NCBI GenBank assembly: GCA_026392215.1
Contig: JAPLCN010000121.1
Span: 1-57,171, forward strand
Length of the DNA: 57,171 bases
Source of the DNA: Actinomycetota bacterium
GTDB taxonomy: Bacteria > Actinomycetota > Humimicrobiia > Humimicrobiales > Humimicrobiaceae
Direction of reading: 5' to 3'
Positions 1 to 11,931 of this stretch are shown here, piece after piece. Numbering within the stretch: the stretch's first letter is position 1; the number at the start of each line of letters is the position of its first letter. The notes below the pieces were generated by a model, which saw only the letters and a list, made by a program, of their open reading frames with translations, was not told the origin of the DNA and searched no databases. The translations under genes and the position numbers were made by a program.

Positions 1-245
1 TTAGTTCAAAATTAAACAGCTGCAGGATTTTTAACTACTGGGAAGAAATTGTCGGCAAGGAAATCGCAAAAAATACAAAACCCAAAAAGTTAAAAGATAA
101 AGTTTTATATATATCAACAGTTAACCCGATCTGGGCAAGCGAGTTAAATCTTATGTCCCAGGACATAATCAGTAAAATAAATGGTTATTTAAAAGAAGAT
201 ATGGTAAACACATTAAGGGTTAAACCTGATCTTCAGGTGGAGTAA
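1..245 (+). CDS. DUF721-family protein (the small protein usually found between recF and gyrB). 3' part only; the 5' end is outside the window. Codons are phased from nt 3.
   Basis: The open frame from the window edge to TAA 243-245 reads ...NYWEEIVGKEIAKNTKPKKLKDKVLYISTVNPIWASELNLMSQDIISKINGYL.... This is the typical DUF721 pattern, and the gene sits directly upstream of gyrB. It is absent from the ORF track because it has no start in the window. Confidence 0.7.
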   Translation, partial: SSKLNSCRIFNYWEEIVGKEIAKNTKPKKLKDKVLYISTVNPIWASELNLMSQDIISKINGYLKEDMVNTLRVKPDLQVE

Positions 246-411
246 TTAATTATTTTATATTTTTATCTGCATATTTTCTAAAAGTAAGTGAAATTAATCT
301 TAAAGTTTGATATAATTAATTTAACAATTAAATGAATAGTTACATATTTCAAGCTTGAACAAAATATTATTATTTTATTTGGGTAATAAGTTTAATTTTT
401 AGCTTTTATAG

Positions 412-2364
<1,953 letters not shown>

Positions 2365-2474
2365 GTTGCAATAAACAAATAAGTGAGGGTATTTAATTTT
2401 TAAGTTGGGGACGCAGTTTTAAAACCCAGTAATAAATTTTTATATAAAAATATTTTTTAAACATAAGGAAATAA

Positions 2475-4907
2475 ATGGTTTTTGAAATCAGAGGAAAAAT
2501 AAAAAACAGAGGCATAGAAGTAGAAATGCAGGACAGTTACTTAAGCTATGCCATGAGTGTTATCATTGGCCGTGCACTTCCTGATGCCAGGGACGGCCTT
2601 AAACCTGTCCACCGCCGTATCTTATATGCAATGCTTGATATGGGAATGAGGCATAATACGCCTTTTAAGAAAAGCGCCCGTATTGTCGGTGAAGTTTTAG
2701 GCAAGTACCACCCGCATGGAGATACTGCAGTATACGATTCAATGGTAAGAATGGCGCAGGATTTTTCGATCAGATATCCTTTAGTTGACGGCCATGGAAA
2801 CTTTGGTTCAATTGATGGCGACAGTCCGGCAGCTATGCGATATACAGAGGCAAGACTTTCCGAATTTGCAGAAGAGATACTTGCTGATCTGGATAAAGAG
2901 ACTGTTGAATTTATCGACAACTTTGATGCCACTCTGCAGGAGCCTGCGATTCTTCCGGCAAAAATCCCCAACCTGCTTATAAACGGATCATCGGGTATTG
3001 CAGTTGGAATGGCAACCAATATTCCACCGCACAATCTGGGGGAAGTAATTGATGGGGTTATTGCCTATATTGATAATAAAGATATTGCGATAATGGATCT
3101 TTTAAAACACATAAAGGGGCCTGATTTTCCAACCGGTGGAAGGATCATGGGAATGAGGGGTATTGTTGACGCATATAATACAGGACGAGGAATAATAAAA
3201 GTCCGTGGCCGTATGCATATTGAACAAACTAAAAAAGGCAGACAACAGATAATTGTTAGCGAAATCCCTTACCAGGTTAACAAGACAACGCTTATAGAAA
3301 AAATAGTGGAGACAGTCAAGGATAAAAGAATAGAGGGTATAAGTGATTTAAGGGATGAATCAGATAAAAGCGGAATGAGGATAGTTATTGAAGTTAAAAG
3401 GGAAGCAGATCCAAATATTGTTGTAAATCAGCTTTTCAAGCACTCACAACTTGAATCAACTTTTGGAGTAATAATGATAGCGCTCGTTAATGGTGTTCCA
3501 AGGACCTTAAATCTTAAAGAAATTATTTCTGAATTTGTCAAGCACAGGTATGATGTTGTAGTTAAAAGAGCAAAATATGAATTAAAAAAGGCTGAAGAAA
3601 GAGCACATATACTGGAAGGTCTTCTTATTGCACTTGATAATCTTGATGCAGTAATAAAGCTTATCAGGGCGTCAAAGGACGTTCCAACAGCCAAAGCAGG
3701 CTTGATAGAAAAGTTCGGGCTTACCGAAATACAGGCACAGGCAATTCTTGATATGAGGCTGCAAAGGCTTACTGCTCTTGAACGCGAAAAAATTAAAGCC
3801 GAGCACAAGGAACTTGTTGAAAAAATTAAGCATCTTAAAGAATTGCTGGGAAGCGATGAGATGATTTATGGAGTCATAAAGGATGAATTAAAAGAAATCA
3901 AGAAAAAGTATAACGATGAAAGAAGAACTGAAATTTCCTCGGAAATATCTGATCTTGAAATAGAAGATTTAATTGCTGAAGAAGAAAATGTTATTTCCAT
4001 AACCCATAGTGGATATATTAAGAGGCTTCCCGTAATAACCTACAGAAAACAAAACAGGGGAGGCCGCGGAGTAACAGGCATGAACCTTAAAGAAGAAGAT
4101 TTTGTTAAGCATTTATTTATATCTTCAACCCATAACTATATTATGTTTTTCTCAAACTATGGAAAAGTATACAGGCTTAAAGTTTATGAGATCCCGGAAG
4201 GGAGCAAAATATCCAAAGGCAAAGCAATTGTTAATATCCTGCCGTTTAAGCCAAATGAAAAAGTTATGGCGGTAATTGCAGTTAAAGAATACGGTGAAGA
4301 AGATTACCTGATAATGGCTACGAAAAAAGGTTATGTTAAGAAGACTTCAATCAAGGCATATGATACTTCCAGAAAAGAAGGAATTGCAGCAATTACCTTA
4401 AAAGAAAAAGATGAGCTTATTGAAGTAGAAAAAACAAGCGGTAAGGATGATGTAATTCTGATTACCAAAAATGGACAGGGAATCAGATTCAACGAAACTG
4501 ATTGCAGGCATATGGGCAGAACAGCTCAGGGAGTTATCGGGATGAGGCTTGCAAAAGGCGACGAAGTTTTAGCAATGGCAGTCGTAAGAGATTTGAATAG
4601 TGATTTGTTTATTTTAACAGACAATGGTTATGGCAAAAGAACTCCAGTCTCTGATTTTTCAAGAATTCACAGAGGCGGCAAGGGTGTCAGGGCTATAATA
4701 ATTACTGAAAAGAAGGGCAAGATTGCAGGTGCCGGAATATTAAGGGAAGATTATGATGTAATGATTATGTCAACAAACGGCATCATGATAAGAGTAAATG
4801 CCAGCAGCATTTCCAAATATGGAAGGGCAAGCCAGGGAGTTAAAGTTATGAATCTGGAAGAAGGAGCCAATGTAGCTTCCACTGCATTTGCTGCACCGGA
4901 GAATTAA
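2475..4907 (+). CDS. gyrA: DNA gyrase subunit A
   Basis: 810-aa ORF with [33 protein letters not shown], the [10 protein letters not shown] active-site Tyr region and C-terminal repeated beta-pinwheel blades. AAGGAA lies upstream of the ATG. Confidence 0.96.
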   Translation: MVFEIRGKIKNRGIEVEMQDSYLSYAMSVIIGRALPDARDGLKPVHRRILYAMLDMGMRHNTPFKKSARIVGEVLGKYHPHGDTAVYDSMVRMAQDFSIRYPLVDGHGNFGSIDGDSPAAMRYTEARLSEFAEEILADLDKETVEFIDNFDATLQEPAILPAKIPNLLINGSSGIAVGMATNIPPHNLGEVIDGVIAYIDNKDIAIMDLLKHIKGPDFPTGGRIMGMRGIVDAYNTGRGIIKVRGRMHIEQTKKGRQQIIVSEIPYQVNKTTLIEKIVETVKDKRIEGISDLRDESDKSGMRIVIEVKREADPNIVVNQLFKHSQLESTFGVIMIALVNGVPRTLNLKEIISEFVKHRYDVVVKRAKYELKKAEERAHILEGLLIALDNLDAVIKLIRASKDVPTAKAGLIEKFGLTEIQAQAILDMRLQRLTALEREKIKAEHKELVEKIKHLKELLGSDEMIYGVIKDELKEIKKKYNDERRTEISSEISDLEIEDLIAEEENVISITHSGYIKRLPVITYRKQNRGGRGVTGMNLKEEDFVKHLFISSTHNYIMFFSNYGKVYRLKVYEIPEGSKISKGKAIVNILPFKPNEKVMAVIAVKEYGEEDYLIMATKKGYVKKTSIKAYDTSRKEGIAAITLKEKDELIEVEKTSGKDDVILITKNGQGIRFNETDCRHMGRTAQGVIGMRLAKGDEVLAMAVVRDLNSDLFILTDNGYGKRTPVSDFSRIHRGGKGVRAIIITEKKGKIAGAGILREDYDVMIMSTNGIMIRVNASSISKYGRASQGVKVMNLEEGANVASTAFAAPEN

Positions 4908-5261
4908 TAAACTTGAAAATAGCTTAAATATGTTTCTTTAAACACACTGTGTAATAAAATTATTAAGATAAAATAATTTAAGAGACAAAAAAAGAAAGAA
5001 ATACTTTATCAAATTATAAGAAGCAATAGTTAATAATTATAGAAAAAGATAGCCGGCTTTTGTAAGTTTAAAGTCTTTTTATTTTTTTGTTTTAATTATG
5101 CTGTTTAAATAATATAATCATTGATATAAAAATAAGAATAAAATGATAGAAGATAAAAATGGTAGTATGTTTTTATCCTGTATTGTGTCTTATTTACTGT
5201 TTTTATATAATTTCAGAATTTATTAATAGTTTATTATTTCAAGACAGGAGGGGCAAAGTCA

Positions 5262-5648
5262 ATGGCAGATCAAAAACAAACAGTAGTTGATGCTGATTTT
5301 AATGCAAAAAGTTCAACAGGAATGGAACCTAAAATAGCATGCCTTTTAGCTTATCTTTTTAGCTGGCTGGGAGGACTCATTATCTTATTAATTGAAAAAG
5401 AAAACAAATTCGTTAAATTTCATGCTCTTCAGGCTTTAATTCTTGGAATATTAGAGTGGGCTATAATTATAGTATTTTTCTGGATTTTAGGCTGGATTCC
5501 AATTGTAGGGCTTATATTTTGGGTAATAGGCTGGTTGGGAGCAACAGCTTGTGTTGTTTTTGCAATTATAGCAATTATTAAAAGTTTCCAAGGGGAAAGA
5601 TATTACATTCCTTTCCTTAGAAAACTTGTAGATAAGTTCAATAAATAA
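5262..5648 (+). CDS. Small integral membrane protein, DUF4870-like
   Basis: 128 aa, with SD AGGAGGGG upstream. Three or four hydrophobic helices. LLAYLFSWLGGLIILLIEKENKFVKFHALQALILG resembles the DUF4870 signature (recalled, not searched). Confidence 0.6.
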   Translation: MADQKQTVVDADFNAKSSTGMEPKIACLLAYLFSWLGGLIILLIEKENKFVKFHALQALILGILEWAIIIVFFWILGWIPIVGLIFWVIGWLGATACVVFAIIAIIKSFQGERYYIPFLRKLVDKFNK

Positions 5649-5661
5649 TTTTATTTAAGTT

Positions 5662-5724
5662 TAAACTTACTGAAATAATACTTATTTGATTTGATATTTA
5701 TTGTTTCAGTAAGTTTATTTTTTT
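5662..5724 (+). terminator. Rho-independent terminator after the DUF4870-like gene
   Basis: Perfect 14-bp stem: TAAACTTACTGAAA (5662-5675) pairs with TTTCAGTAAGTTTA (5704-5717). It is followed by TTTTTTT (5718-5724). Confidence 0.75.
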
Positions 5725-5923
5725 GTTTTATAAGTTATTATTGATTTTTATTACCCGGATCCTTTAAATTCCCGATAACTTTTTAATTAAATCTCAAGAT
5801 TAAATAGAATTAGAAAAAATCGTAAATTTATTCTATAAGTAGTAAAATTAATTAAGTGATTTGTAATATTATTATTTTGCATAATCACCTTAAGTTTTGA
5901 AAAAATAATTTAAGGAGGTAAAC

Positions 5924-6385
5924 ATGGAAGTACCAATTGCTCAAAGAAGAGTAGTAAAAAGCATCAGTGAGTTTTCTGTTTTTAAAATCGCCCTAATTGT
6001 TTATCTTATTATTTTTATTCTGAATGTGATATTAGCAGCAATCTTTGCAATGATTATGCGGGCAGTTCTTCCTGCTTTAATCAATAATCTAAATAATTTT
6101 ATAGGAACTTCCGGGGTGGGCTCTTTGCTTTCAGTGTTTGGAGTCAACATTCCCGATATAAGCTCTGTCAGTACTGTTTTTGGGACTAATCTTAGTATTG
6201 GCTTTATTGTTATAACTATTGTAGCTGGACTTCTCTTTTCTGTACCCTTTGCCGCTATCGCTGCCTTCTGGGCATGGATCTTTAATGTTATTATAAAGAT
6301 CAGCGGTGGAATTGAAGTAAGATATATTGACAGAACAGCCAGAATTGAAACAAAAGCGCCAGTAAATACAGCTGTAAACCAATAA
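5924..6385 (+). CDS. Integral membrane protein, DUF3566-like (the family that follows gyrA in actinobacteria)
   Basis: 153 aa, with SD AAGGAGG upstream. N-terminal RRVVKSISEFSVFKIA and C-terminal IFNVIIKISGGIEV flank hydrophobic helices. The position is gyrA-downstream and tRNA-Ile/Ala-upstream. Family assignment is from memory. Confidence 0.55.
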   Translation: MEVPIAQRRVVKSISEFSVFKIALIVYLIIFILNVILAAIFAMIMRAVLPALINNLNNFIGTSGVGSLLSVFGVNIPDISSVSTVFGTNLSIGFIVITIVAGLLFSVPFAAIAAFWAWIFNVIIKISGGIEVRYIDRTARIETKAPVNTAVNQ

Positions 6386-6501
6386 ATATATAAATGCTGC
6401 TTAAATTTTTTGCTGATAAAAAAGCAGGAAATAAAGTTTATGCCGGATTTTTGTTGTTAAGTTTAAAGTATCGCCAGCCAATTAAACCTGCCAATTAATT
6501 A

Positions 6502-6530
6502 TTGACAAAAGTAATGTAAATTGGTACTTT
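6502..6530 (+). promoter_or_regulatory. Candidate sigma-70 promoter for the tRNA pair
   Basis: TTGACA (6502-6507), 17-nt spacer, then TGgTACTTT extended -10 (6522-6530). It lies about 27 nt upstream of tRNA-Ile. Confidence 0.45.
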
Positions 6531-6556
6531 ATCGCTTGCATATTTTTTTGGCTTGA

Positions 6557-6633
6557 GGGCGTATAGCTCAGTTGGTTAGAGCGCGTCCCTGATAAGGACG
6601 AGGTCTCTGGTTCGAATCCAGATACGCCCACCA
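6557..6633 (+). tRNA. tRNA-Ile (anticodon GAT)
   Basis: Hand-folded cloverleaf. Acceptor GGGCGTA/TACGCCC, anticodon stem CGTCC/GGACG with loop CTGATAA, T arm TCTGG-TTCGAAT-CCAGA, encoded CCA. Confidence 0.95.
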
Positions 6634-6704
6634 ATTATTATTTGATTTTTTTAAATTTTTTATATATTCTTATCATTTGTCAGAAGTGATAGGTTTCACC
6701 ACGT

Positions 6705-6780
6705 GGGGGTGTAGCTCAGCTGGGAGAGCACCTGCCTTGCAAGCAGGGGGTCAGCGGTTCGATCCCGCTCATCTCCACCA
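6705..6780 (+). tRNA. tRNA-Ala (anticodon TGC)
   Basis: Acceptor GGGGGTG/CATCTCC including the G3:U70 Ala identity pair. Anticodon stem CCTGC/GCAGG with loop CTTGCAA, T arm AGCGG-TTCGATC-CCGCT, encoded CCA. Confidence 0.95.
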
Positions 6781-7104
6781 GATTTTTTAGTAAAAAATTA
6801 TCAAAGTTATATAATTTTTTATTTCATGTTTTTCTATAATAAATATAATTATGCCTGATACTGATACATAGCTCCCGTTTTTTATTTTTAAGTAAAATAC
6901 TTTAAATAATTTTATAATTCTTCAAAAAAATACCGCGGAATAGTTTTTAAATAATAAATAATTAATTTCTGATGGACAATTCACTAAAGTTTAAAAAATT
7001 ATAAAATTTTGAGCTTATAAAACTGGAAAATTTACAAAAAAACTTAAGTTAATCACCAATAAATAATTCCATATTGATATTGAAAAATATATAATTTTAT
7101 ATTA

Positions 7105-7137
7105 TATTGAAATCAATTTCTGAAATTGATTTCAATA
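7105..7137. promoter_or_regulatory. 33-bp perfect palindrome: candidate operator (or bidirectional hairpin) upstream of the SDR/tetronate cluster
   Basis: TATTGAAATCAATTTC-T-GAAATTGATTTCAATA has 16 complementary pairs around a central T. A possible promoter overlaps its left edge: TTGAAA 7080-7085, 17-nt spacer, TATATT 7103-7108. Confidence 0.4.
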
Positions 7138-7219
7138 AGTTGTTTTATTCATCCTGGCTTTCGTTTAGTTATGAATTATTTTTTTAATTTCTAAACCTTT
7201 TATTTAAGGAGGATTTGAT

Positions 7220-8005
7220 TTGAAGCTAATAGGAAAGATAGCAATTGTGACAGGTTCAAGCAAAGGAATTGGCGCAGGCATTGCTAAGGAATTAGCTATG
7301 GAAGGCTGCAACGTAACAGTAAATTATCATGGTGATAAAGAAGGTGCTGATAAAGTAAAAGACTATATTGAGGAGAATACAAAACAAAAAGCCATTTCAG
7401 TTTATGCTGATGTAAGCAAGTTCAAAGACTGTAAATCTTTAGTTGAAGAAACATTAAAGACATTTGGTAGAATTGATATATTAGTTAATAATGCAGGAAT
7501 TGCATTTTGGAAACCGTTTTTTGAAATCACTGAAGAGATATGGGACAGCACTCTTGATACCAATCTTAAAAGCGTATACATGTTATCCCAATTAGCCGGT
7601 AAAAATATGGCAGAAAATAATGGTGGTGCCATAGTTAATATTTCATCTATTGCATCGCATGGTGCCATGGACTGTCTGGTTCCGTATTGTGCATCAAAAG
7701 GCGGTATGACTTTAATTACTAAAGCAATAGCAGTTGAACTTGCGCCATATAATATAAGAGTTAATGCATTATCCTGTGGAACTATAGATATTGAAAGAAA
7801 CAGGAAAACTGACCCCAATTATCCTGACGACTGGATTCCGTATATTCCTCTTGGAAGGGTTGGCAGTGTTGAAGATATAGCAAAACCCGTTGTATTTCTT
7901 TGCAGTGATGACTCATCATATATTACCGGGCAAAATATTTTTATATGTGGGGGAGAGGTAGATTATGTTCCGATGCCGCGTTCAGATTTTGCCAGAAAAA
8001 AATGA
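7220..8005 (+). CDS. Short-chain dehydrogenase/reductase (FabG / glucose 1-dehydrogenase-like)
   Basis: 261 aa, TTG start 7 nt after AAGGAGG. Motifs TGSSKGIGAGIA (Rossmann), NNAG and S...YCASK (catalytic). Confidence 0.85.
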   Translation: MKLIGKIAIVTGSSKGIGAGIAKELAMEGCNVTVNYHGDKEGADKVKDYIEENTKQKAISVYADVSKFKDCKSLVEETLKTFGRIDILVNNAGIAFWKPFFEITEEIWDSTLDTNLKSVYMLSQLAGKNMAENNGGAIVNISSIASHGAMDCLVPYCASKGGMTLITKAIAVELAPYNIRVNALSCGTIDIERNRKTDPNYPDDWIPYIPLGRVGSVEDIAKPVVFLCSDDSSYITGQNIFICGGEVDYVPMPRSDFARKK

Positions 8006-8052
8006 TTCAATGAAACATTATTATTAAAAAATTTATTAAGATTTTTGTTTAG

Positions 8053-9396
8053 ATGACAGAAAATATTATTTATATTGCAGATGATTTAACCGGTGCTTGT
8101 GACATAGCATCTTTTATTTGTGATTTTAAAGACACTATAAAAGTAGCAATAGATTTTTTTGAAGACAAGCTTGAAAGATTTTTGGAAAAAATAAAAGGTG
8201 TTTCTGATTTCAATATGGTTATTTCAACTAACACAAGAGATCTTGAAACAGAAATTGCATATTTAAAATTGCAAAAATTAAGTAATTTTTTAAAAGAAAT
8301 TCAAGCAGGAAATGTTTTTAAAAAAATTGATTCTGCCTTCCGGGGAAATGTAGTTTTTGAAATAAATACATTGATGGATCTACTTGATATTGATGTTTGT
8401 TTTGTCATCAATGCTATTCCATCAATAGGCAGGATTACACTTGGAGGTTTTCAGCTGATTAATGGGAAAATTTTAAATGATTCTGAGTTCAGCAAAGATC
8501 CTGTCAGTATTGCAGGAAGCTCATTTATACCGCATCTGTTTTCAGAAACCTGCAAAAAAGAATATTTAAGAAAGGCAGCCCATATTTCTCTTGAAACAGT
8601 AAGGTATGGTGATATTTTAAAGGCTGTTGAAACCAATATAAATAAGAAAATAAATATTATTTCCTTTGATTCAGTTGTAAATGAGGATATTGAAAAAATT
8701 ATAAATAATATTTATGAGAAATTTGGGAAAGCGTTATATGTTGGAACACTTGGTTTGCTTACAGCCCTAAACATGAAAATTTTTAATCATTCTGGAAACA
8801 AACTAAATAATACTGAAAATAAATCTGATTTTAAGGCAGATTCTTTAAATAAAAAACATAGAAAAAATAAATTTCATATTGTAAAAAAATTTATAGGATT
8901 TACATCAAGTAAATATGAAATTACCAAAAAGCAGATAAGGTATTTAAATAAAATATATGGTTCAGAAATAATCAAAATAAAAATTAATGATTTTTTGAAT
9001 AAAAATAATTCAGACTATTTTTTAAAAGTTCAGGATACGATTAATGAAATAATTAGCAATTTTGCCAATAACAGTTTTTTTATTGTGGCGGAATTTAAGG
9101 GCAGAAAAGAACCTGATAACCTTTCTAAAATGATTCTCAAAATAATTTCAGATATTGCTAACGGTGTTTTAAAGAAAGTTGAGATTGAAAGGTTGATATT
9201 AGTAGGAGGAGAAACAAGTTTAAATATTTTAAAATCACTGAAAGCAAAAAGTATTGAAATTAAGGGAAGAATTTCAGACGGTATTTCTTATGGAATAATT
9301 GCTGATGGATTGCTTAAAGGCAAAGAAATGGTTATTAAAGGCGGTTCAGTAGGAGAAATAAATTCGATTGAAAATATGGTAAGTTTTAAGTTTTAA
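8053..9396 (+). CDS. Four-carbon acid sugar kinase family protein (DUF1537; OtnK/DtnK-like)
   Basis: 447 aa. N-terminal IYIADDLTGACD and C-terminal LVGGETS...IKGGSVG are typical of DUF1537 kinases. A K/N-rich insertion is present mid-protein. The gene is adjacent to a pdxA-family gene. Confidence 0.8.
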   Translation: MTENIIYIADDLTGACDIASFICDFKDTIKVAIDFFEDKLERFLEKIKGVSDFNMVISTNTRDLETEIAYLKLQKLSNFLKEIQAGNVFKKIDSAFRGNVVFEINTLMDLLDIDVCFVINAIPSIGRITLGGFQLINGKILNDSEFSKDPVSIAGSSFIPHLFSETCKKEYLRKAAHISLETVRYGDILKAVETNINKKINIISFDSVVNEDIEKIINNIYEKFGKALYVGTLGLLTALNMKIFNHSGNKLNNTENKSDFKADSLNKKHRKNKFHIVKKFIGFTSSKYEITKKQIRYLNKIYGSEIIKIKINDFLNKNNSDYFLKVQDTINEIISNFANNSFFIVAEFKGRKEPDNLSKMILKIISDIANGVLKKVEIERLILVGGETSLNILKSLKAKSIEIKGRISDGISYGIIADGLLKGKEMVIKGGSVGEINSIENMVSFKF

Positions 9397-9434
9397 ACTT
9401 GTATAAATTTAAATAGATTTTGAAAGGATATTTA

Positions 9435-10436
9435 ATGCTAAAACCAATAATTGGGATAACTATGGGAGATGCAGCCGGGATAGGACCTGAAATCACAGCT
9501 AAATCTTTAAACTATAAAGAAATTTATGACGTTTGCAAGCCTTTTATTCTCGGTGATTTTAGAGTAATCAGGGATATAATTAAAATATGCAATCTTAAAT
9601 TGAATTTAAATAAAGCAGCTGATTTAAAAGACTGTAAATTTGAATTTGGCACAGTTGATGTTTTGGATTATAACGACTTAGATCCTTCAGATTTTAAATT
9701 TGGAGAAGTAAATCCTTTATGTGGAAAAGCTGCAGTAAACTATACTATTGAAGCCGGAAAAATGGCACTTGAAAATAAAATACATGCAATGGTTTCGGCT
9801 CCTCTTCATAAGGGGGCAATGAGAGCTGCCGGATATAATTATGAAGGCCAGACACAAATACTTGGAGAACTTACAAAATCAGATAATTATGGAATGATAC
9901 TTGTTCTTGAAAATCTTAATATATTAATGTATAGCACACATATGTCCTTAAGAAAGGCTTGCGATAAGGTGACTTATGAGGGAGTTTTTAAAAAAATTTT
10001 ATTAGCAAATGAAGGGCTCAAGTTTTTTAATAAAAAGAATTCAGTAATTGCAGTGGCAGCACTGAATCCTCATTCAGGGGAAGGCGGGATTTTTGGCAAT
10101 GAAGAGACAGATTTTATCGCTCCTGCTGTAAATAAAGCTAAAGAGATGGGTATAAATGTTGTAGGTCCAATTCCGGGTGACACAGTTTTTGTAAGGGCTA
10201 AAAATGGCGAGTTTGATTTGGTTATTGCAATGTATCATGATCAGGCAAATATTGTCATGAAAATTTTAGGTTTCGGTGAAGTCGTAACACTTCTGGCAGG
10301 AATTCCAATTATAAGAACATCAACAGGGCACGGAACAGCATTTGATATAGCAGGAAAAAACAAAGCTGATGAGAAAAATCTATTTAAAGCTATAGAACTT
10401 GCTGCAAAACTTGGTGTAAAAAAAATAAATAATTAA
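9435..10436 (+). CDS. PdxA-family NAD-dependent 4-phospho-hydroxyacid dehydrogenase (PdxA2-like)
   Basis: IGITMGDAAGIGPEI, SAPLHKGAM, ALNPHSGEGG, YHDQANI and RTSTGHGTAFDIAGK motifs. ATG 9435 follows AAAGGA. The ORF track opens at TTG 9420. Confidence 0.85.
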   Translation: MLKPIIGITMGDAAGIGPEITAKSLNYKEIYDVCKPFILGDFRVIRDIIKICNLKLNLNKAADLKDCKFEFGTVDVLDYNDLDPSDFKFGEVNPLCGKAAVNYTIEAGKMALENKIHAMVSAPLHKGAMRAAGYNYEGQTQILGELTKSDNYGMILVLENLNILMYSTHMSLRKACDKVTYEGVFKKILLANEGLKFFNKKNSVIAVAALNPHSGEGGIFGNEETDFIAPAVNKAKEMGINVVGPIPGDTVFVRAKNGEFDLVIAMYHDQANIVMKILGFGEVVTLLAGIPIIRTSTGHGTAFDIAGKNKADEKNLFKAIELAAKLGVKKINN

Positions 10437-10532
10437 TTTTTTAAAATTATTTTTAATTGAGGCTAACCAATTAAGCATAGCGCCTATCAGAGTTTTAAGA
10501 TTTGCAATTATTCAGGATAAAAGGAGATTTAA

Positions 10533-11114
10533 ATGTTTGAAGATTTAAAAAAAGAAATAGCAAAATATTCCAATCTGTCCTATGAAAGAAATCTTGTTGG
10601 GGCAGCAGGCGGTAATATCAGTATGAGAAAAGATAATTATTATTTAATTACTGCAGGCGGCAGATCTTTAAGGGATGTTACTACTGAAGATATAATAATT
10701 GTAGATGAAAATAATAATATAATTGAAGGAAAAGAAGGCTTAAAACCTTCAAAGGAAACTTCACTTCATATAAATATTTACAAATTCAGACCTGATATAG
10801 ATAGTGTTGTCCATGTTCATCCATCATATTGTACAGCCTACTCTATATTAAAAAAACAGGTTCCGATATTAACAGCTTCTTCAAAGTTAAAACTTAAAGA
10901 GGTTCCCATCATCGGATATGCAAATCCAGGTTCAAAAGAGCTGGCAGATTTTGTTGCAGAATGTGTTAAAAATAGTCCTCTATATGTAAAAGCTCTTACT
11001 CTTGAAGCACACGGGCTTCTTGCATGGGATAAAGGTCTGGGCAACTGTTTTGATATTGCAGAACTTGTTGAAGAAACAGCAAGAGTAGCTTTTATTGCAG
11101 AACAAATAAAATAA
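10533..11114 (+). CDS. Class II aldolase/adducin-family protein (OtnC-like decarboxylase or aldolase)
   Basis: 193 aa, with SD AAAGGAG. AAGGNISMR, PSKETSLHINIY and VVHVHPSY are metal-ligand histidine motifs of the class II aldolase fold. Confidence 0.8.
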   Translation: MFEDLKKEIAKYSNLSYERNLVGAAGGNISMRKDNYYLITAGGRSLRDVTTEDIIIVDENNNIIEGKEGLKPSKETSLHINIYKFRPDIDSVVHVHPSYCTAYSILKKQVPILTASSKLKLKEVPIIGYANPGSKELADFVAECVKNSPLYVKALTLEAHGLLAWDKGLGNCFDIAELVEETARVAFIAEQIK

Positions 11115-11191
11115 ATAATTTATAAGAATAAATATTTATAGTTTTTTAGGTAATAATTAATTATAAAAATTTTCAGGTCAGGAGGTAAATT

Positions 11192-11821
11192 ATTAAAATT
11201 TATGATCTGTCTTTGGTTATCAGCAACGAATTGCCTACTTATCCCGGGGATCCTGTTGTTTCAATAACTCCAAAAAATACCATTTCTGTTCAGGGATATA
11301 ATGTTTTAAATATCTGCATGGGAACTCATAGCGGTACTCATATTGATGCACCTTTGCATTTAATTGACAAATCAGATTCTGCTGATGAAATATTTCCTGA
11401 AAAATTTTTAGGCATGGCTTCCTTTATTGAAATTCTAAAAAATGAAAACGAGCTGATCACTCCTGTAGATTTAAAAAAATTTGATATTAAAGAAGGGGAT
11501 ATTTTAATTGTAAGAACAGGGTGGGAAGAAAATAAATACAAGGATGGTTATTTTACAAACTTTCCTTACTTTTCAGCTGATTGCGCAGATTACATTATTT
11601 TAAAAAAAGTCAAGGCTCTTGGCGCCGACATACCTTCAGTTGATGGTCCGGGGCAAAATGCCGGCTTCCATAAAAAAATACTTGCAGAGGGCATACCAAT
11701 AATTGAGGCACTTGTGAACTTAAAGCAGGTAACGGGGAAAAGAATGATGTTTAGCGCTCTTCCATTAAAAATAAAAAATTCGGATGGCAGTCCGATCAGA
11801 GCAGTTGCTTTTGAGTTATAA
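11192..11821 (+). CDS. Cyclase-family (kynurenine formamidase-like) metallohydrolase, with a probable non-canonical ATT start
   Basis: HSGTHIDAPLH is the HxGTHxDxPxH motif. The family-typical N-terminal strand (I)KIYDLS is in frame upstream of the tracked TTG 11213, directly after stop 11186-11188. GGAGG (11181-11185) sits 6 nt before ATT 11192. The gene call is solid; the start codon is tentative. Confidence 0.7.
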   Translation: MKIYDLSLVISNELPTYPGDPVVSITPKNTISVQGYNVLNICMGTHSGTHIDAPLHLIDKSDSADEIFPEKFLGMASFIEILKNENELITPVDLKKFDIKEGDILIVRTGWEENKYKDGYFTNFPYFSADCADYIILKKVKALGADIPSVDGPGQNAGFHKKILAEGIPIIEALVNLKQVTGKRMMFSALPLKIKNSDGSPIRAVAFEL

Positions 11822-11931
11822 AAGGATTAGTTAATTTATAAATAATTTAAACAGTTTGGTTTTTAATATTTTAAGTATTCATAATTATTTATTTTTATTA
11901 AAAAGGTTTTTAAGAATTAAAAGGAGAAATC

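Noticed and set aside
6557-6780. The tRNA-Ile(GAT) and tRNA-Ala(UGC) pair as evidence for an rRNA operon in the window
   Set aside because: Neither 16S 3' end nor 23S 5' end sequence flanks the pair. The flanks are AT-rich non-coding DNA with a promoter-like element. The pair is free-standing.
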